A stretch of DNA of 62,752 bases, the filler included, from Basidiobolus ranarum (Eukaryota), in assembly GCA_040143965.1 (NCBI GenBank). It is 24 parts of 24 records of this genome, joined end to end, with 100 filler letters (N's around TTAATTAATTAA, not from the genome) between each part and the next. Parts side by side here need not be neighbours in the genome. Positions count along the whole stretch, not along the records: positions 10,512 to 13,037 come from JASJQH010003239.1; positions 13,138 to 15,662 come from JASJQH010003240.1; positions 15,763 to 18,286 come from JASJQH010003241.1; positions 18,387 to 20,910 come from JASJQH010003242.1; positions 21,011 to 23,533 come from JASJQH010003243.1; positions 23,634 to 26,154 come from JASJQH010003244.1; 18 more parts are not named here. One strand, given 5' to 3'. The translations under genes were made by a program, and so were the position numbers. Positions 11,120 to 24,036 of this stretch are shown piece after piece; position 1 is the stretch's first letter; each line of letters begins with the position of its first letter. Below the pieces are notes generated by a model. The model worked only from the letters and a program-made list of their open reading frames with translations. It ran no database searches and had not been told where the DNA came from.

Positions 11120-13137
11120 GACGCGTCATAAGCCTTGTTATGCACAACTCTAGTTCTTCAAAATATCGAAAATGGAGAAATCCCTATACAATAGTAGAAA
11201 GGGTATTTTTCCGGTACGTGTTTCCTGGCGTTCTCCAAGGAACAATCTTATGATGTATTTGTATTCGTGTGTATATATCTATGAAAGGGTGGGTGTGAAT
11301 AATGATCAAGAATATGGGATGAGAGCAGGAAATAGGATAGGTGAAAAGTTCAGTTATGTAGATAGGGAAAATGATCCCCATGGTAAGCGACCATCCTCTT
11401 TATAAATCTTCTTAACAATCGGCATGTAATATTCAAGGGAATTTGTGCGCACAAGACATGGAAGAAATAGCCAAGCGCTAAGTGAATGAAGATATCCACA
11501 ATCTGAATAATTCTCTACCAAAAAGGAAATACTGGTCATTCTGAGCCATTGAAATCATATGCCTCATAATAAAAACGATTTTACTTTCTGAGCAATCTTT
11601 ACAGATATTGTCGACTGTAGTAGCTTAAAAACTATGAAAATCGGCGATAACTACTACAAATTATTGCTGGAGAATAGACCAATCCATCGGCGATATGAAG
11701 CATAGCTCCCGATTACCGGACCTTTCGATTGCAATACGAAAAGATGATGGTAGCCACAATCGATTCCCTTACCTCTCAATAACATGTTTGCATAGTGGTC
11801 ATGATTCATATTGCGTATAGATCGATCGATCTTTCGAAATCTCGGATCGGTAGATTTGGTCACTTGATTTGATATTTTTGGAATCAGAAATACCACACAA
11901 GTCTAGTACTCCTTGCCAGAGATCTGTGGCTTCACATCTCAATATATTATGTCGCCATCTCTGAGTACCACACTCTCTGCTCTTCCCAGAGCCATTGTAG
12001 GTTTAGTAGTGAAGTACTCAAGATAATTTAGGTAGAATTGTATTATTTGAAAGAACCAATTAGACTCTAAGTGGAGCACTGTAAAAAGCTACCAGTAGAT
12101 TCTCTTCTCTCATTCAGAAGTGACCAAGCTTCATGAAATCAGCGCGTTTTGGTAGCAGGAAGAACGTCAGATCGTAACAACCATTGGATGTAGCTCTGAG
12201 TGTTCTAGTGAAGTGTTAATGATGGCACTTTTCTGTAAAAGTCTAGGATATGAATTGAACAATTCGTTCATGAATCTAATATCGGCTTATGGGAAATCCT
12301 CTATTTTTTTCGTTCGAAAGTTGTAAATCGTGAATGAACAAGGCTATCTGAGCGTTTGTCCGAGTGAATCTTTTCTAGTGTACTGAAAATGAAGGAGTAT
12401 AAGTGGTATTTATTCTTAAAAACGATAGTGATTCTCACACAAAGACCTCATGTTTCTCTAACAGAAATCTAAGTTGTTTAGTAAAAGACAACCAAAAAAG
12501 GGGTATATTTTATAAATGGAGTGAAGATTGCTGGGATGTAAGGCAATTTTAATCGTAAAGATTAATAGTTCCAGTAACTCTTGTCAATATGAAAACACAG
12601 GTATCATAACTTTCAAGTTCCTAATTGCATAGGAAACGATAATGTTACATAAATAAAAATAGAAATGCAAAAAGCTCGCTACAGTAAGTCTACAGTTGGA
12701 GGATAGGCGGGTGTATAGAGTGCTACGTATTTAGGCCTGTAGCTGTAAGTTTATAAAATTCCTCCCAGGATTCCTGAGCCTTTGGTAGAATCTTGATGCT
12801 TTCCACTCAGCACAGATGTTACCTTATGGGTAAGATGCTCTAATGGCTCCGCTAACAGTTTGTTTCCGCCCATCATATTGGAAATGTCCAATAGTGGGAT
12901 GCTTTTCATTCCTCGGAACAATGGTAATTTGGTCAAAGTGCCTTCAACTAATCCTTAGATGGTATCGTTCTTCCTAGATAACGATACAGGAGACACATAG
13001 TTATCGTCGGCATTGATGTCCTGAATAAACTCACTGTNNNNNNNNNNNNNNNNNNNNNNNNNNNNNNNNNNNNNNNNNNNNTTAATTAATTAANNNNNNN
13101 NNNNNNNNNNNNNNNNNNNNNNNNNNNNNNNNNNNNN

Positions 13138-15662
13138 TTTGTGTTTTACTGCAGCGTTGTGCTCTGATACTAAAGTTTTGAGATATTGGCTGACAGTTCC
13201 TACTGCCACAGCTATGTCTGGATGTGTTCCAACCATTGTATACATTATACTTTCCATCATGGATTGATAAGGGAACTCCTGGCTTTGATTTGAGTCATTT
13301 AGGGCCAGCTTGGATGAAATTGTAAGTGATTTCACATTGGGATCCATTGGTGCTGATACAGGCTTGCTATTCTTCATATTGAAGCTTCTTAGGAAGTCTA
13401 GGATGTTTCTAGACTGATTCAGCATGATTTTCCAATTGGGTTTTTCTCTCTTTATTTAAATTCCAAGAAAATATCTTAAATCACTGATATTGTGCATCTG
13501 AAATTGATTTAATAAACTTTGTTTTCTGACTAAGTGCTTCTAGATCATTTGTAGCTATGAACAAGTCATTCACATATAGTGCCAAGATAAGGATCCTATT
13601 TCCTGTGGTTTTAATGTCAATACTGTAATCTGCTGTGCATTTTTGGAATTCCAGTCTTGCTTTGTACCTTTCCATGGTTACATCAGCTTGATATTGACTT
13701 TGCAAACCCATTTGTAACCTATTGGCTTTCTCCCTGATAGTCAAGGACTTGATACCCACTTTTATTGTCCTTAAATGAAGAAAACTCATCACACATTGCT
13801 TTTTCCCATAATTTTAATTCTGGACACCCCCGAGCTTGATCCAGTATCTGTGGTGTATGTCGGAAGGCTGCATAAGCATATATATCATCATTGGAAGTGT
13901 TCCAACAGTTTCCTGCCTTATATCTTGTTCTGAATGATCATCTTGGTCTGGAATCATCCTCTGATGAAACTGGGACTGATATTTTCTTTTGAAAAGGGCT
14001 CAGATATAGGCAGTATTTTGTCAGACACTTCCTGAAGAGGGATGATTGCCTTTTCTGGATCAAGAACTATAATTTGAGGTAAATAATTTGCTTTTTCATC
14101 AAAAATCACATCTCTACACTTATGAGCTTCTGATTTTTGGCATCAAACAATCTGAAGGCCTTAGATCCATCACAGTAACTAAGAAATATGCATTTTCTGC
14201 TTTGAGTTCCAACTTAGAGTGTTTTTGAGATGGAAGTGGGCAATATGCTTTGCAACTGAAAATTCTGAGATCATCCTCACTTGGTTTTGATCCATATAGG
14301 GCTTCATATGGAGTAGAGTTTTGCAGCAGTCTTGTTGGACATCTGTTTTTGATCTAGACTGCAGTGGAGACAGATTCAGCCCAATATTGGTAATCTAACT
14401 ATTGATCAAGTAATATTGATCCTGCCATCTCCACTATAGACCTATTAGCACATTCTGCAACTCCATTTTGCTGTGGAGTATAAGGTTCTGTAGGTTGTTG
14501 CTTAATTCCTAGTTTAGAACAAAATTAGTAAAGTCTGTAGAGCAGTATTCTCCACTATTATTGCTTCTTAGTATCCTTATTTTTTGTACTGATTCTTTCC
14601 CTACCATTGCTTTGTAATCCTTGAATGTAGCTAAGGCTTCCAATTTTTACTTAAGTTGGAATATGCTAGAATATCTTGTTTTGTCATTAATAATGGTCAT
14701 AAAATACCTTTTCACACCTAGTGAGATCATGTGGGGCAACTGTTATTCCTCAATGTGCCCTAATCTTCTACACCATGTTTGACAGCTTAATTCACTGGTT
14801 TTGGCCATGTTTGCATGCTCAGAATGCAATTTGCCAATTTCTAGTTTGGATGAGAGCTGATCTGCCATAGTTTCTGTCTGATGTATAAGATGAAGCATAG
14901 GTGCATCAGAATTCATCTGAATTGAGAATAATTTTTTCCTAATATAAAGCCTATTAGCCAGACTTTTAGTCTCAGATAATCCCTTAAGCATTTTCCAAGC
15001 ATTATGGATGGTTTTGGCTGATTGTGTGTTCATCCATTGACAGTCTCTGAGATGTAGACAAAGTGCAGAGAGTGCTTTCCTTTGCTTTTTGTGAAGGGCA
15101 AGGATAGCTTCTGGCAATCCCTTTGGCTCTAGTTCTTCTCCGGTAACAAATCCCCCAAGTAAATTCCAATTGAGAATAATTGATAATATCTTAGTGAATT
15201 ATAAGATAACTAAGTACTAAGCTATATATGACTATATAGGTGTTTAGGCAATGCTAATTTCAACACTCTCCCTCAACTAAATAGTCATATAAACTAATCC
15301 TAATAAAGGTCTAAATTTCTCAAATTTCTGTCTAGCTAATGGTTTGGTTAATATGTCAGCAATCATGTCTTCTGTAGATCAATAAGGTAAGTCAATAAAC
15401 TTATTCTCTATAGTCTCTCCAATGAATTGATGCTTAATATCAATGTGTTTGCTTCTATTATGAAACATGGGATTTTTAGCTAATTTGATACAACTTTGAT
15501 TATCTTGAAATATTGTAGTTGGTGAATTTTGAGAATAACCCAAATCTGTTAAGAGTTTTCTTAACCATATTGCTTCTTTTGTTGCTTCACAGGCAGCCAT
15601 GTATTCAGCTTCTGTTGTTGAAAGTGCTACAGTAGGTTGTTTCTTTGAATTCCAAGAAATAG
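13138..15662 (-). mobile_element. Copia family B mosaic with internal deletions (RNase H, PPT, LTR fragment 15157-15265, gag, integrase, RT)
   Basis: EYMAACEATKEAIWL, RSKHIDIKH, PPT agttgagggagag followed by TGTTG, PQQNGVAE, LYVNDL, GTHPDIAVAV. Confidence 0.92.
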
Positions 15663-15763
15663 NNNNNNNNNNNNNNNNNNNNNNNNNNNNNNNNNNNNNN
15701 NNNNNNTTAATTAATTAANNNNNNNNNNNNNNNNNNNNNNNNNNNNNNNNNNNNNNNNNNNNT

Positions 15764-16360
15764 CGTTGGGATTGGAAAGTATGGGTTGGCTGCATCTTGA
15801 GTTGTTTGGTCATTGCTATTGCTGGTATTGTAACAAAAGGGTTTGGCCCGGATATGTACTGGTGTCTGGTCAATGAGCACACAGATTCTGGACATGTATT
15901 CCTTAAATTGTTCTTGGGAATTCATTACGCAGTATTGTTCATTGTTTTAGTATGCTACTTGGGAGTTTTGCACAAAATGATCTATCATCCTGAGGCTGAT
16001 CACAACAGCAACAAGAGTGAACATCCAGGCAATGTCAAGCGCACCATTACTAGTGGTGTTCAGAGAACTCTCACTGTACGGCAAAGTGTGAACCATCACC
16101 AGAAGCACACGGAGCATTTGGGTATGGCACTCTTTCTTCATGTATTCCATTTTACCCCAGCCATTATCCATATGATTCTTCAACTGAAGAACTACCATCG
16201 TGCGTGGGTTTATGTGCTAGCTGCGGCCTTCATCCAATTGGGAGGTGTCTTGAATGGCTTCGAAGTGTTTATGCATCGTAAAAAGCCCCACCCACGTTAC
16301 CGCTACCGCAATGTAACTGAAGAACACCCAGTTGAAGAACTACCCACAACTGAGGACTAA
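15764..16360 (+). CDS. Multi-pass membrane protein, GPCR-like (Git3/cAMP-receptor-like), 5' truncated
   Basis: Frame open from the contig edge (RWDWKVW..); four hydrophobic helices, FGPDMYWC loop, long hydrophilic loop, GGVLNG in the last helix. Confidence 0.6.
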   Translation, partial: RWDWKVWVGCILSCLVIAIAGIVTKGFGPDMYWCLVNEHTDSGHVFLKLFLGIHYAVLFIVLVCYLGVLHKMIYHPEADHNSNKSEHPGNVKRTITSGVQRTLTVRQSVNHHQKHTEHLGMALFLHVFHFTPAIIHMILQLKNYHRAWVYVLAAAFIQLGGVLNGFEVFMHRKKPHPRYRYRNVTEEHPVEELPTTED

Positions 16361-17479
16361 GGATCAGTCGTTAAATGGCTATTTTTAGGTTTGGTAGTAT
16401 ACAGAATGTCTTGTCGAAGTCGCTGGCGATCCCTAAAATCCCCACATTCTTTTTATTTACAATAACCATCCAGCCGCACTTCGTAAGACTAATACCAATT
16501 GTACAATAGGTCAATTTACATCATTGTTACCAATTCGCTTTTTATCCTAGTCTGAACAACAAACTTCAATTACTGAAGCAGTCTACACAATAAAGATATG
16601 GTATGATTGAAGCTTAAAGATATCCAGGAACCACAGTTCACCACTAGAGCTAAAAACCCGCATAAATACATAGGGATAGGTTGTGCTACAATTTGGGACA
16701 CCTAGATCCTCCAATGGAATGGATCATACCGAATTTCTAATTAAACTAGACCTTATTTATTCGGTGTGCAACCCTATTGCTTATATGAGCTTTATTTGCA
16801 AGATGGGCTTGGCGATATCTAAGGCACTGTCTCAGCCGAGCCTTCTGGCGTATAGAAATGAATTGTAGAGGAAGGTGTCATTGGAAGTAATATGCGCATT
16901 CGGACCAAACAGGCCCTCCGAACTTCTCGGAATTATCAGAAGTAGTGGTCTTTCACATATGAAGCCTTTCTACTTTTATAGTTTCTAATTGAAGAATGTG
17001 TTGATCAAAAATGACTTGGAGTTAGCCATAGATTAGGCGGCTGTATGGCATTACCGGATTTAATAGTCTCCTCTTTAGTTTATTCTCCTTATATAGGTGT
17101 AATCACACCGTGACTTTAGAGCTTTCTTATTATGGCTGATCCTGTTCTATCAGTGCATGACTCAAATTCCAAATTAATACTTCTCCAAATAATGTACATG
17201 TTTCTATCTTGTTTAATAACCAATTCAATGTATTCTTCCCATCTTCCTGGAATGGCTGAATTGTTGCTGTTTTCTCTATCCAAATATATACCCCTATGAA
17301 AGATGGCACTTATGATTTCTCCATTATCCAATTTTTTCATCTGTTGATAACTCTGTGCTGGCTTTCACTCAAGAAGTTGAATTTTTCTTTTTAGCTGGCA
17401 TTCTAAACTCCCACATGCTGCTATCCAGAGCCATTTAGCCTATTACTTTACACAAGGTACTTGTGATATCTGTTGGAAA

Positions 17480-18180
17480 ATGCATGGCCTAAACACATAT
17501 ATAGGCATATATATGTTAGTATTATTAATTCCATAGTTCACCAAGATATCACCTACTATTCTCTATTAGAACTTACTCGAAGTATTTTTATCAGCTTAGA
17601 AGTTCTCAGATGTATAGATTTTTCAAACTTGTGCTAGAAGCCCCATACTTTGATTATTTATGCAAAATAATGAAAAATTGCCTAATTTCTGGAATGGAAA
17701 TTTGTCAAGGTTCCATATATGGAAAACAAGCCAGGCAACAATTTAAGAGCTCTGGCTTAATCAAATCCACCAAGTATTGGGTCTGACTCATTCAGATTTG
17801 TGTAGTTCTATACAAAATTCATCTTCAGGTGGAAAAACATATAATATCATCTTTATTGATGATTATACAAGATACACTGGGGTCTACTTTATAGAAAGAA
17901 AAAAGAAGCTCTCTCTATATTTAGAGACTTTTAGGCTCATAGGGCAACTGAAGCTGTAACTGAAGTCAAGATAATAAGTATTGATAAAGGTGGCGAATAT
18001 ACTTCAACACTATTTAATTAGTTTTGCAAAGTTCATGGAACTAAGCAAGAAACCCCTGCACCTTGTTGACCTCAGCAAAATGGAGTTGTTGAAAGGGCCA
18101 ATGTGACTTTACTACTAGCTATGGCAAGATCTATGATAAATGGACAAAATCTTTCTCATAATAATGGGCAAAATCTGTTG
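17480..18180 (+). mobile_element. Copia LTR-B-like fragment plus decayed integrase
   Basis: 17560-17652 matches 36400-36492; HSDLC..GGKTYNIIFIDDYTRY; PQQNGVVERAN. Confidence 0.85.
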
Positions 18181-18386
18181 AAAGTCTGGTGACTTGTGGT
18201 ACAAGCAGTAATTCCCAAAAGAGGAAAATATGGAGTATGGTGACTGCATCTGAACACAAAGTCTAAGGCCAATCAGTTGCTTGTATNNNNNNNNNNNNNN
18301 NNNNNNNNNNNNNNNNNNNNNNNNNNNNNNTTAATTAATTAANNNNNNNNNNNNNNNNNNNNNNNNNNNNNNNNNNNNNNNNNNNN

Positions 18387-20910
18387 AAGAGCAGTGAACA
18401 TAATGATAGGCCGGTTCATCCTACCAGCATGCATAACTCCGAAAGTCACGAGGCAAAACCAACTGAGAAACCTTACTCCAGTGAATCTCAAGGTGAACAC
18501 AAGTCGAAGACGAGCAAGCATGGTGAAAGTTCAGTTCATCCTTCTTACAAGTCTTCCTCTCAAACTCATGACACGAAATCAACCGAGAAGCCTCGCAGTA
18601 ATGAGTCTCAAAGTGAACACAAGTCGAAGAGTAGTGAGCGTGATGAAAGTTCTGTTCATCCTTCCGGCAAGTCTTCCTCTGAAAGCCATGACGCGAAACC
18701 AACCGAGAAACCTCACAGAAGTATGTCTCAAAGTGAGCCCAAGTTAAGGAGCAGTGGACATAATGGAAGTTCTGTTCATCCTACTAGCGAGCATATCTCT
18801 GAAAGCCATGAGGTGAAACCAACCGAGAAACCTCACTTTAGTGAATCTCAAGGTGGACACAAGTCGAAGGCGAGTGAACATGTTAAAAGTTCAGTTCATC
18901 CTTCTGATAAGTCTTCCCCTGAAAGCCACGACGTGAAACCAACCGAGAAGCCTCACTCTAGTGAATCGCACAGTGAACGCAAGTCAAAGAGCAGTGAACA
19001 TGCTGAAAGTTCTGTTCGTACTTCTAGCGAGCATAACTCTGAAAGCCATGTCGCGAAGCCAACCGAGAAGCCTCATTCCAGTGAGTCTCGAAGTGAACAC
19101 GATTCGAAGAAGAGCAAACATGCTGACAGCTCTGTTCATTCTTTGAGCAAATCCCATGTTGAAAGTCATGACGTGAAACCAACCGAGAGGCCTCACAATA
19201 GTGAGTCACAGAGTGAACACAAGTCAAGGAGCAGTGAACGTAATGAAAGTTCAGTTCATCCTACTAGAAAGCATACCTCTGAAAGCCATGAGGCGAAACC
19301 AACCGAGAAGCCTCGCTCTATTGAATCTCAAGGTGAACACAAGTCGAAGACGAGCGAACGTGATGAAAGCTCAGTTCGTCCTTCCGGCAAGTCTACCTCC
19401 GAGAGCCATGACGTAAAACCAACCGAGAAGCCTCACCCTAGAGAGTCTCAAAGTGAACACGACTCAAAGAGTAGTGAGCAAGATGAAAGTTCTGTTCATC
19501 CTTCGAGCAAATCTCATGTTGAAAGCCATACCATGAAATCAACCGAGAAACCGCATTCTAGTGAATCTCAAGGTATATACAAGTCGAAGTCGAGTGAACA
19601 TGTTACAAGTTCAGTTCAACCTTCTGTCAAGTTTTACACTGAAAGCCATGTCGCTACACCATCTGAGAAGCGTAACAGTAGTGAATCTCAAAGAGAACAC
19701 GAATCAAAGAAGAGCGAACGTCTTGAAAGTTCTGTTCATCCATCTATCAAGTCTCACTCTGTAGGCCATCATGTGAAGCCAACGGAGAAGCATAGTTCTC
19801 CTCATAGCGTACAAGCAGAAACTGGTGAAAGAACTGTTACAGAGCCAACGATTACAGTAACTAAACCGACTGTAACTTTATATCCAACCGTGAGAACCGT
19901 TATCAAGACTGACACCGCTGGTCATATTCATACCGAATATCACTCTTCTACTGTTACCAAGACCGTTGATCATCATCAGAACGTGCACTCTCAAAGTGCT
20001 AAGGAAGAAACCATGGAAAGAACTGTTACGGAACCTACAGTTACGGTTACCGAACCCACAGTCACGATGTATCCAAGTGTGAGAACAATCATCAAGACTG
20101 ACTCTGCCGGAAGAAATATTACCGAAAGTCGTACTGTGACAGTAACTGAAAATATTCAACAGCACAGTAATACTGCATCTGTTGTAACTGGCTCTCATAG
20201 TGTAACAGTAGCAACTGGTGTAATTACTATTACAGAACCAACTATCACAGTTACGAAACCTACTGTTACTTTATATCCAACCGTGAGAACTGTTATCAAG
20301 ACTGACACTGCTGGTCATATTCATACCGAATATCACTCTTCTACTGTTACCAAGACCGTTGATCATCATCAGAACGTGCACTCTCAAAGTGATAAGGAAG
20401 TAACCATGGAAAGAACTGTTACGGAACCTACAGTTACGGTTACCGAACCTACAGTCACGATGTATCCAAGTGTGAGAACAATCATCAAGACTGACTCTGC
20501 CGGAAGAAATATTACCGAAAGTCGTACGGTGACAGTAACGGACAATATTCAACATCGTAGTAATACTGAATCAGTTGGGAGTGAATCTCCTAGCGTAACA
20601 GTAGCAACCGGTGAAATAACTGTTACAGAACCAACTATCACAGTTACCAAACCCACTGTTACTTTATATCCAACCGTGAGAACTGTTATCAAGACTGACA
20701 CTGCTGGTCATGTTCATACCGAATATCACTCTTCTACTGTTACCAAGACCGTTGATCATCATCAGAACTTGCACTCTCAAAGTGATAAGGAAGTAACCGT
20801 GGAAAGAACTGTTACGGAACCTACAGTTACGGTTACCGAACCTACAGTCACGATGTATCCAAGTGTGAGAACAATCATCAAGACTGACTCTGCCGGAAGA
20901 AATATTACCG
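18387..20910 (+). CDS. Ser/His/Glu-rich and Thr-rich tandem-repeat protein (mucin or cell-wall-like), both ends missing
   Basis: Single open frame across the whole contig; about 11.5 x 120-bp units (18387-19790), then about 2.7 x 393-bp units. Confidence 0.9.
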
Positions 20911-21010
20911 NNNNNNNNNNNNNNNNNNNNNNNNNNNNNNNNNNNNNNNNNNNNTTAATTAATTAANNNNNNNNNNNNNNNNNNNNNNNNNNNNNNNNNN
21001 NNNNNNNNNN

Positions 21011-21240
21011 CTATTCAGTATATTATGTTTAACCTTGCAATATCTTTATAAGCCCCATGTATTCCTTGATTAGACTGAGGTCTGATCAATGCCAGATATC
21101 AATAAAGATTCTTGCCAAAGTATCTTCCTTGTCCAGTCTTGTCTTGTCCTGTCTTGTATTGTGGTCTACACCCAAGTACTTTCCTGCCTTCTGGCCTCTT
21201 GTTGTTGTTCCCAGTCCTTGTCCAGTTCTTTATTGTGACA
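21011..21240 (+). repeat. Gypsy LTR 3' portion, inserted in tnp2
   Basis: Reverse complement of 28081-28295; contains AATAAA; ends GTGACA. Confidence 0.8.
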
Positions 21241-23340
21241 AGTTTTGTTATGGCCTCTTTGTTATTGGCAACATTAATCCACTCATAACATTGACTGTAA
21301 AGGAAGCACCTTTGACTGTTGAGGAGTGAAGAGTTCCATCCAATCTTAGAAACCAGGGGCTTATTGGCTTTCTTACACTTATATCACAGTTGTTTGTCAA
21401 CTGTTGCCTGCAACAAACCTGGTACAAGTGGAAAACACTTGTCAATTGTATGACTTATAATCCTTGAGTTAAACTACCTTCATGTCCAAATAGTTGTTTG
21501 ACTTTCACCAGTGATTAAAACAACCTGAAGTCATGTACTGTTTGCACAAAATTCATAATCACTGAATTAGGAAAATATTGCTCATATATGGATCACATAA
21601 CCTTGATTCCTCATCTTAAAGTATTGATGAAATCATTCAAATATAGATCATTGTTTGATTATCAGAGAGCTGACCACAAGGCTGATTGTATTACTGATAT
21701 GCTTAATGGATATTGCTATTAGAATCTGAAAAGTCAAGGATTCTTTGAGAACACATACAATCATGCATTTGCACATGCTCTTGATGTTTCTCACTAATTC
21801 AATATATCATTGGAAAGGCTTGCTGGCCAATAATTTTAATTAACCCAACTCTTCTTCCTTCTGAATGGTATAAGAGTCAGAATATTTTGATACAATCCAT
21901 CATGTCTGGACCCAAAAAACCAGTGCTTCTACATAGCTTCTTGGAGCCTTTGATTGGGAAATTTGAATGTTTATCAAATGGGGTTCTGATGGGTGAATTT
22001 TTTTTCAGAGCTGATAGCATTGTATGTATTGGTGACACTCCTGTAAACAGTGAACCTCAAGGTTTTTGCTGGCTCAATGCACTATCTCAAAGTAGATTCT
22101 GTCAAGTCAATGCAGTTTAGTCTATCAGACATATGCCTTACTACTATCCAATTACAACACTACACTCTATGATTTTGTTTTCAAGGGCCTGATCAGATTC
22201 TAACATGCATGCTAATATTAATTCACAAAATAGTAGGTCTAACATCAAACCTGGGATTGGCTGTAAGCCTAAGATTATATTGCTCAAGGGAATCAGCTGG
22301 AGCCAGAGCTTCCCATTAGGCACTAAGAACCTACTAATTAACAACTTATCAATACTACTTTCACACCAGGATAGTAGAAGAGTCTATTGGAATGAGCCAT
22401 TTGCAACAGGATCAAAATTTGAGTCTATTTGGAAAATGCTTGAAAACTGCATGATACCAACATGTTTTACCAGGACTCCTATTGATATCAACCTTTTAGG
22501 CATTTATTCAAATGCAAAGACTGGAAGTTATGGATATGTATATATTCATGTGAACTCTTGAAAAGACTTATGCCTGATAAGTATTTGCAGTATTAGGTGT
22601 TGATTGTGTGTATTATCAGTATATTCTTATGTCATCAACTCACATAGGTGGATCTCTGGCAGATACAGCAACTGTGAAAAGATTTTGTAATTGAATATAG
22701 CAAGCTTCATTAATGGTTTAAAAAAGATACACTGAATCTATGCTGGTATTTGGTACACTCCCTCCTACAGCTTTCACAATTCTTAGATATTATAGGCCCT
22801 TGCTATATATTCTGGGAGTTCCCAATGGAGTGCACCTGTGGGGAAATGATGCCCCTGGTGAAATTGTCAGTATTACCACATGGTAATCTGATTAACAATA
22901 TATCGGCAACAACAGTGATGGATATAATGCAATGAGTTAAAGAGACTCCAGTGTAAATCTACTTTCCAACAAAGGGCTTTTTTAATATGCACATGGGTTC
23001 TTGCATTGCTGGAGCATACTAACAGCAACAAAACCTAACCATGGACTCAGAGTCAGAGCCTCTATATCTTGTACTAATTTGTTTTTGTGCAATTCTGACA
23101 GTATTTCTAAAAAAGCTGCAAGACAGACTTCTTGGTGAGATAGATTGAGAAGCAGATTATTATTGTTTTAGTCATGGGTTAATCTATTCAAGCAATGACA
23201 CATTTGATGTGGCCAACATTGTTTGACTGCAACTTGGGTATATTTTAGCTGAATTATTTATGGAAATGTGCTAATATCCAAGAGCTTATTCTCATTGTGA
23301 AAGGTAACAAGAGTTGGCTGTTTGCCAAGTGTTAGTACTA
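21241..23340 (+). mobile_element. Decayed CMC/CACTA Tnp2-family (Transposase_21) gene
   Basis: CWPIILIN, IMSGPKKP..FLEPL, CIGDTP, VHSLLQL..GPCYIFWEFPME (DUF4218-like); colinear with 37720-39241. Confidence 0.88.
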
Positions 23341-23633
23341 GACTTGTTCCATTGGACCAGGTCAGATCATGCTGCTTGATCCAGCCTGCTAGTACACCAT
23401 CTGGCGCAATCTGTCAATTACCATGGCTGGGTCCTATAACACTCGATCAGACACTATAAGGAACAATATGGCACTATTCCACCACAATCGGACACGATGA
23501 TTTTTTTGGAGATATCGTGCCAGCCCGTACCAANNNNNNNNNNNNNNNNNNNNNNNNNNNNNNNNNNNNNNNNNNNNTTAATTAATTAANNNNNNNNNNN
23601 NNNNNNNNNNNNNNNNNNNNNNNNNNNNNNNNN

Positions 23634-24036
23634 CTATAAGCACTGGTGATTTAGGTCCAGATATGATGGATAGTATCAAAATATTATGACTCTTATACCG
23701 TTCAGAAGGAGGAAGATTTAAGTTGATTAAAATTATTGGCCAGCAAGCCTTTCCAACGGTATATTTGTTTAGTGAGAAACCATCCAGAGCCAATGCAAAT
23801 GCATGATCATATGTGTTCTCAAAGAAACCTTGACTTTTCAGATTCTGGTAGTGATATCCATCAAGTATATTGGTAATACCATCAGCTTTACAGTGAGTAC
23901 TTTGGTATTGGATCAATGATCTATATTTGGGTGAGTTCATCAATACTCTAAAATGGGGAATCAACAGTATTTAAGCCAAATATGAGCCATACTTACTTGA
24001 TTCAGTGATTACCAATTCTGTGCTAACAGTACAATC
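23634..24036 (-). mobile_element. Tnp2 transposase fragment
   Basis: FALALDGF, CWPIILINLNLPPSERYK, IISGPKSP. Confidence 0.92.

Noticed and set aside
12456..12468. CTCTAACAGAAAT resembling CMC end A
   Set aside because: No subterminal homology follows; likely chance
12751..13037. Possible gene 3' end on the minus strand
   Set aside because: In-frame stop near 12955 and no recognisable family
18387..19790. 120-bp tandem array as CRISPR or satellite
   Set aside because: No unique spacers; period is a multiple of 3 inside one open frame, so it is a coding repeat
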